The translations under genes were made by a program, and so were the position numbers. Source: Pyrinomonadaceae bacterium (lineage in GTDB: Bacteria; Acidobacteriota; Blastocatellia; Pyrinomonadales; Pyrinomonadaceae). From it: a DNA stretch of 64,000 bases. The notes below the pieces were generated by a model. That model made no database searches, was not told the DNA's origin, and saw only the letters and a list, made by a program, of their open reading frames with translations. Below are positions 62,013 to 64,000 of the stretch, one piece after another. The stretch is from positions 976 through 64,975 of the forward strand of contig DASVGE010000019.1 of assembly GCA_036379695.1 (NCBI GenBank), read 5' to 3'. Numbering within the stretch: position 1 is the first letter of the stretch; every line of letters begins with the position of its first letter.

Positions 62013-62486
62013 ATGGCAGACACACCAATCCTGTTGCGTGAACAGCAATACCACCAAATAAAGGCTGTCCTGGCGCGGTTGCGGATGGACGCCTCGGCCA
62101 GGGTGGTCTTTCTGGTCGATAAGGACGGTCAGGAGATCGCATCCCAGGGTGAAGTGGGAAATCTTGACACAACCAGTCTGGCGTCCCTCGCGGCCGGTAA
62201 TGTCGCGGCTACAGGTGGAATGGCTGCACTGATCGGAGAGAAGGAGTTCCCGACACTCTCTCATGAAGGCGAGAAGGAGAGCATCCACATCTCCGTGGTT
62301 GGAAGACTCCTGCTGGTGGTGGTTTTCGATGAGCGTTCCAGCCTCGGACTCGTGAAACTGCGCAGTAAGCAGGTTTCACATCAACTCGCGGCAATGTTCG
62401 ACGAAATTGCTGCTGGAGACTATGACGACCTCGATTCGCCCTTCGCCGGCATTACCGACGAGGACATCGACAGTCTTTTCAGCTAA
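62013..62486 (+). CDS. mglB: Roadblock/LC7-domain GTPase-activating protein MglB
   Basis: 157 aa with a Roadblock/LC7-like sequence. It lies immediately upstream of mglA. Confidence 0.88.
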   Translation: MADTPILLREQQYHQIKAVLARLRMDASARVVFLVDKDGQEIASQGEVGNLDTTSLASLAAGNVAATGGMAALIGEKEFPTLSHEGEKESIHISVVGRLLLVVVFDERSSLGLVKLRSKQVSHQLAAMFDEIAAGDYDDLDSPFAGITDEDIDSLFS

Positions 62487-62495
62487 CGGCACGCT

Positions 62496-63080
62496 ATGAC
62501 CTTTATCAATTACGCTTCCCGAGAAATCAACTGCAAGATCGTTTACTACGGCCCAGGTTTGTGTGGTAAGACGACTAACTTGCAGTACATCTTCGACTCG
62601 ACCGCGCCGCAGGCGCGCGGCAAGCTCATCAGCCTCGCCACTGAGACAGATCGCACTTTGTTCTTCGATTTCATGCCGCTCGAGTTGGGTACGGTCCGCG
62701 GATTCAAGACGCGCTTCCACCTGTACACGGTTCCCGGTCAGGTGTTTTACGACGCGTCGCGCAAACTGATTTTGAAAGGTGTTGACGGAGTTGTTTTCGT
62801 GGCCGATTCGCAGGAAGAGCGAATGGATGCCAACATTGAGTCGTTGTACAATCTGGAGGAGAATCTCCAGTCGCAGGGCTACGATCTGATGAAGATTCCC
62901 TACGTGCTTCAGCTCAACAAGCGCGACCTCAGCAATATTATTCCAGCCGAGGATCTTGCTGCCGAGCTGCAAAGGAAGGGCGAGCCCGTGGTTGAGGCTG
63001 TAGCTTCAACGGGGCAAGGCGTGTTTGACACGTTGAAAGCCGTCGCGAAGCAAGTATTGACCGAACTTCGCAAAGGCTAA
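62496..63080 (+). CDS. mglA: Ras-like polarity/motility GTPase MglA
   Basis: 194 aa. P-loop GPGLCGKT and the MglA-specific TVPGQ motif, with Thr replacing the Asp of DxxGQ. Confidence 0.95.
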   Translation: MTFINYASREINCKIVYYGPGLCGKTTNLQYIFDSTAPQARGKLISLATETDRTLFFDFMPLELGTVRGFKTRFHLYTVPGQVFYDASRKLILKGVDGVVFVADSQEERMDANIESLYNLEENLQSQGYDLMKIPYVLQLNKRDLSNIIPAEDLAAELQRKGEPVVEAVASTGQGVFDTLKAVAKQVLTELRKG

Positions 63081-63083
63081 CCA

Positions 63084-63151
63084 AAAACAAGCCACGGATA
63101 ACACAGATCGGAAATCCGGATTTTCTATCTGTGTTATCCGTGGCTTGTTTT
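63084..63151. repeat. Intergenic palindromic element, type B short form, perfect 25-bp arms with inner palindrome AAATCCGGATTT
   Basis: AAAACAAGCCACGGATAACACAGAT (63084-63108) and its exact complement (63127-63151). The inner AAATCCGGATTT lies at 63112-63123. A-tract and T-tract flanks are present. Confidence 0.95.
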
Positions 63152-63701
63152 ACTCGAGGCTTTTGAGCATCAGGAGGCCGTCGCCACCGTTTGAGTAGTA
63201 TTTCGGCAGTTTCTGGGTGATTGAGTAGCCGAGGCTCTCGTAGAGTTTCTGTGCCGGGATGTTCAGTGTCCTGACTTCGAGGCGCACCAGTCTCACACTC
63301 CGTTTTCGAAAACCATCTTCAACCTGCCACATCAGCCTCTTGGCCAGGTTTCGTCGCCTGTGTTCCGGCCCGACTCCGACCGTGGTCACGTGACCGGTGT
63401 GATCCGGTTCGACGAGCCCGATCACAAACCCCGCCATCACGCCGCCGGTCGTCACCGCGCGATACGAAATTGATTCCGGAGCGGTCAGCAGATAGTCGAA
63501 GGTCTCACGGCTGTAGGCTTCGCCATCGATAAAGCAGCGCTGATCGAGCCGCCACACTTCGTCGAGCTGTGAGATGGTCAGCGGACGAATGTCGTAGCTC
63601 ATACCCCATGAAGGAGTCGCTGTCTTCTCTTTCTTCTCGGGGTCGAATTCGACGTCGGACTGCGACCACCAGCGGGACTTGAATTTCTTTAGTACGGCCA
63701 T
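63150..63701 (-). CDS. GNAT N-acetyltransferase (RimI-like)
   Basis: 183 aa. Acetyl-CoA binding region VGVGPEHRRRNLAKRLM. GNAT-fold sequence. Confidence 0.8.
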   Translation of the reverse strand: MAVLKKFKSRWWSQSDVEFDPEKKEKTATPSWGMSYDIRPLTISQLDEVWRLDQRCFIDGEAYSRETFDYLLTAPESISYRAVTTGGVMAGFVIGLVEPDHTGHVTTVGVGPEHRRRNLAKRLMWQVEDGFRKRSVRLVRLEVRTLNIPAQKLYESLGYSITQKLPKYYSNGGDGLLMLKSLE

Positions 63702-63739
63702 AAAACTGAGTCTAGTTTACCATCCCGATTTTTATATGC

Positions 63740-64000
63740 CTACAGGATTAACATGCAATCCCCGTAACTGTAAAAACGATACCGCTGCGCGACCGCGTGA
63801 CGGTAGGCGCGCAAAGCAAAGTCGCGCCCCGCAAACGCGCTGACAAGAATCAGCAGCGAGGAGCGCGGCAGGTGAAAGTTTGTGAGCAAGGCATCGGCAA
63901 TACGAAATCGATAGCCGGGTTTAATCGTCAGACTCGCCACGCCGCTTCCTGCCGCAACTTGGCCGTCGTCTGTCGCAGACGATTCGAGTGCTCGCATGGT
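63740..64000 (-). CDS. queA: S-adenosylmethionine:tRNA ribosyltransferase-isomerase, C-terminal part (gene continues beyond the window)
   Basis: C-terminal sequence …[20 protein letters not shown]…[12 protein letters not shown] is typical of QueA. The frame is open to the right edge. Confidence 0.85.
   Translation of the reverse strand, partial: TMRALESSATDDGQVAAGSGVASLTIKPGYRFRIADALLTNFHLPRSSLLILVSAFAGRDFALRAYRHAVAQRYRFYSYGDCMLIL

Noticed and set aside
1-64000. tRNA, rRNA, tmRNA or RNase P genes, and prophage, integrase or transposase genes
   Set aside because: I found no cloverleaf-like T-arm motifs (GGTTCGAATCC-type) in the gaps, no long ORF-free conserved-looking stretches, and no recombinase-like ORFs. 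This was a visual scan only; tRNAscan-SE or Infernal would be decisive.

Overview
64-kb chromosomal segment with about 57 protein-coding genes. By eye I found no rRNA, tRNA, CRISPR array, transposase, integrase or phage genes. The gene content (LptE, MglA/MglB, S46 and M14 peptidases, GH5, ArnT/PMT-like glycosyltransferase, NfeD-flotillin) and roughly 60% GC fit a diderm soil-type bacterium, possibly Acidobacteriota-like; this is inference only. Most genes are housekeeping: hemB, nth, phoH-ybeY-corC, rpsT, holA-lptE, folP-ftsH-tilS, pcrA, ada, glmS-glmU-yvcK, mglBA and queA. I do not see a canonical defence or mobile system. The strongest structure that the genes do not explain is a dispersed family of about 20 intergenic palindromic elements. 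They are built from 9-11 nt units (ACACAGATT/ACACGGAT-type or GCACAAAAG-type) and share a head, TTATCCACA or TTAGCCACA, that looks like a DnaA box. These elements occupy roughly half of the intergenic gaps. They often abut or contain the stop codons of flanking genes, and they occur as full hairpins, half elements, same-orientation arrays and one array of 1 left plus 3 right arms. Other points worth a second look: a 1930-aa protein that is almost entirely transmembrane helices (about 55 hydrophobic segments); an unrelated GC-rich hairpin with perfect 32-bp arms upstream of tilS; an AT-richer four-gene block of lipoprotein and secreted proteins of unknown function at the left edge; a DUF433/DUF5615 toxin-antitoxin-like pair; a translationally coupled metallopeptidase plus ATP-grasp pair next to an NlpC/P60 gene with a long leader; and two proteins with histone-H1-like Lys/Ala-rich tails. 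All functional calls come from motif recognition by eye, not from searches.
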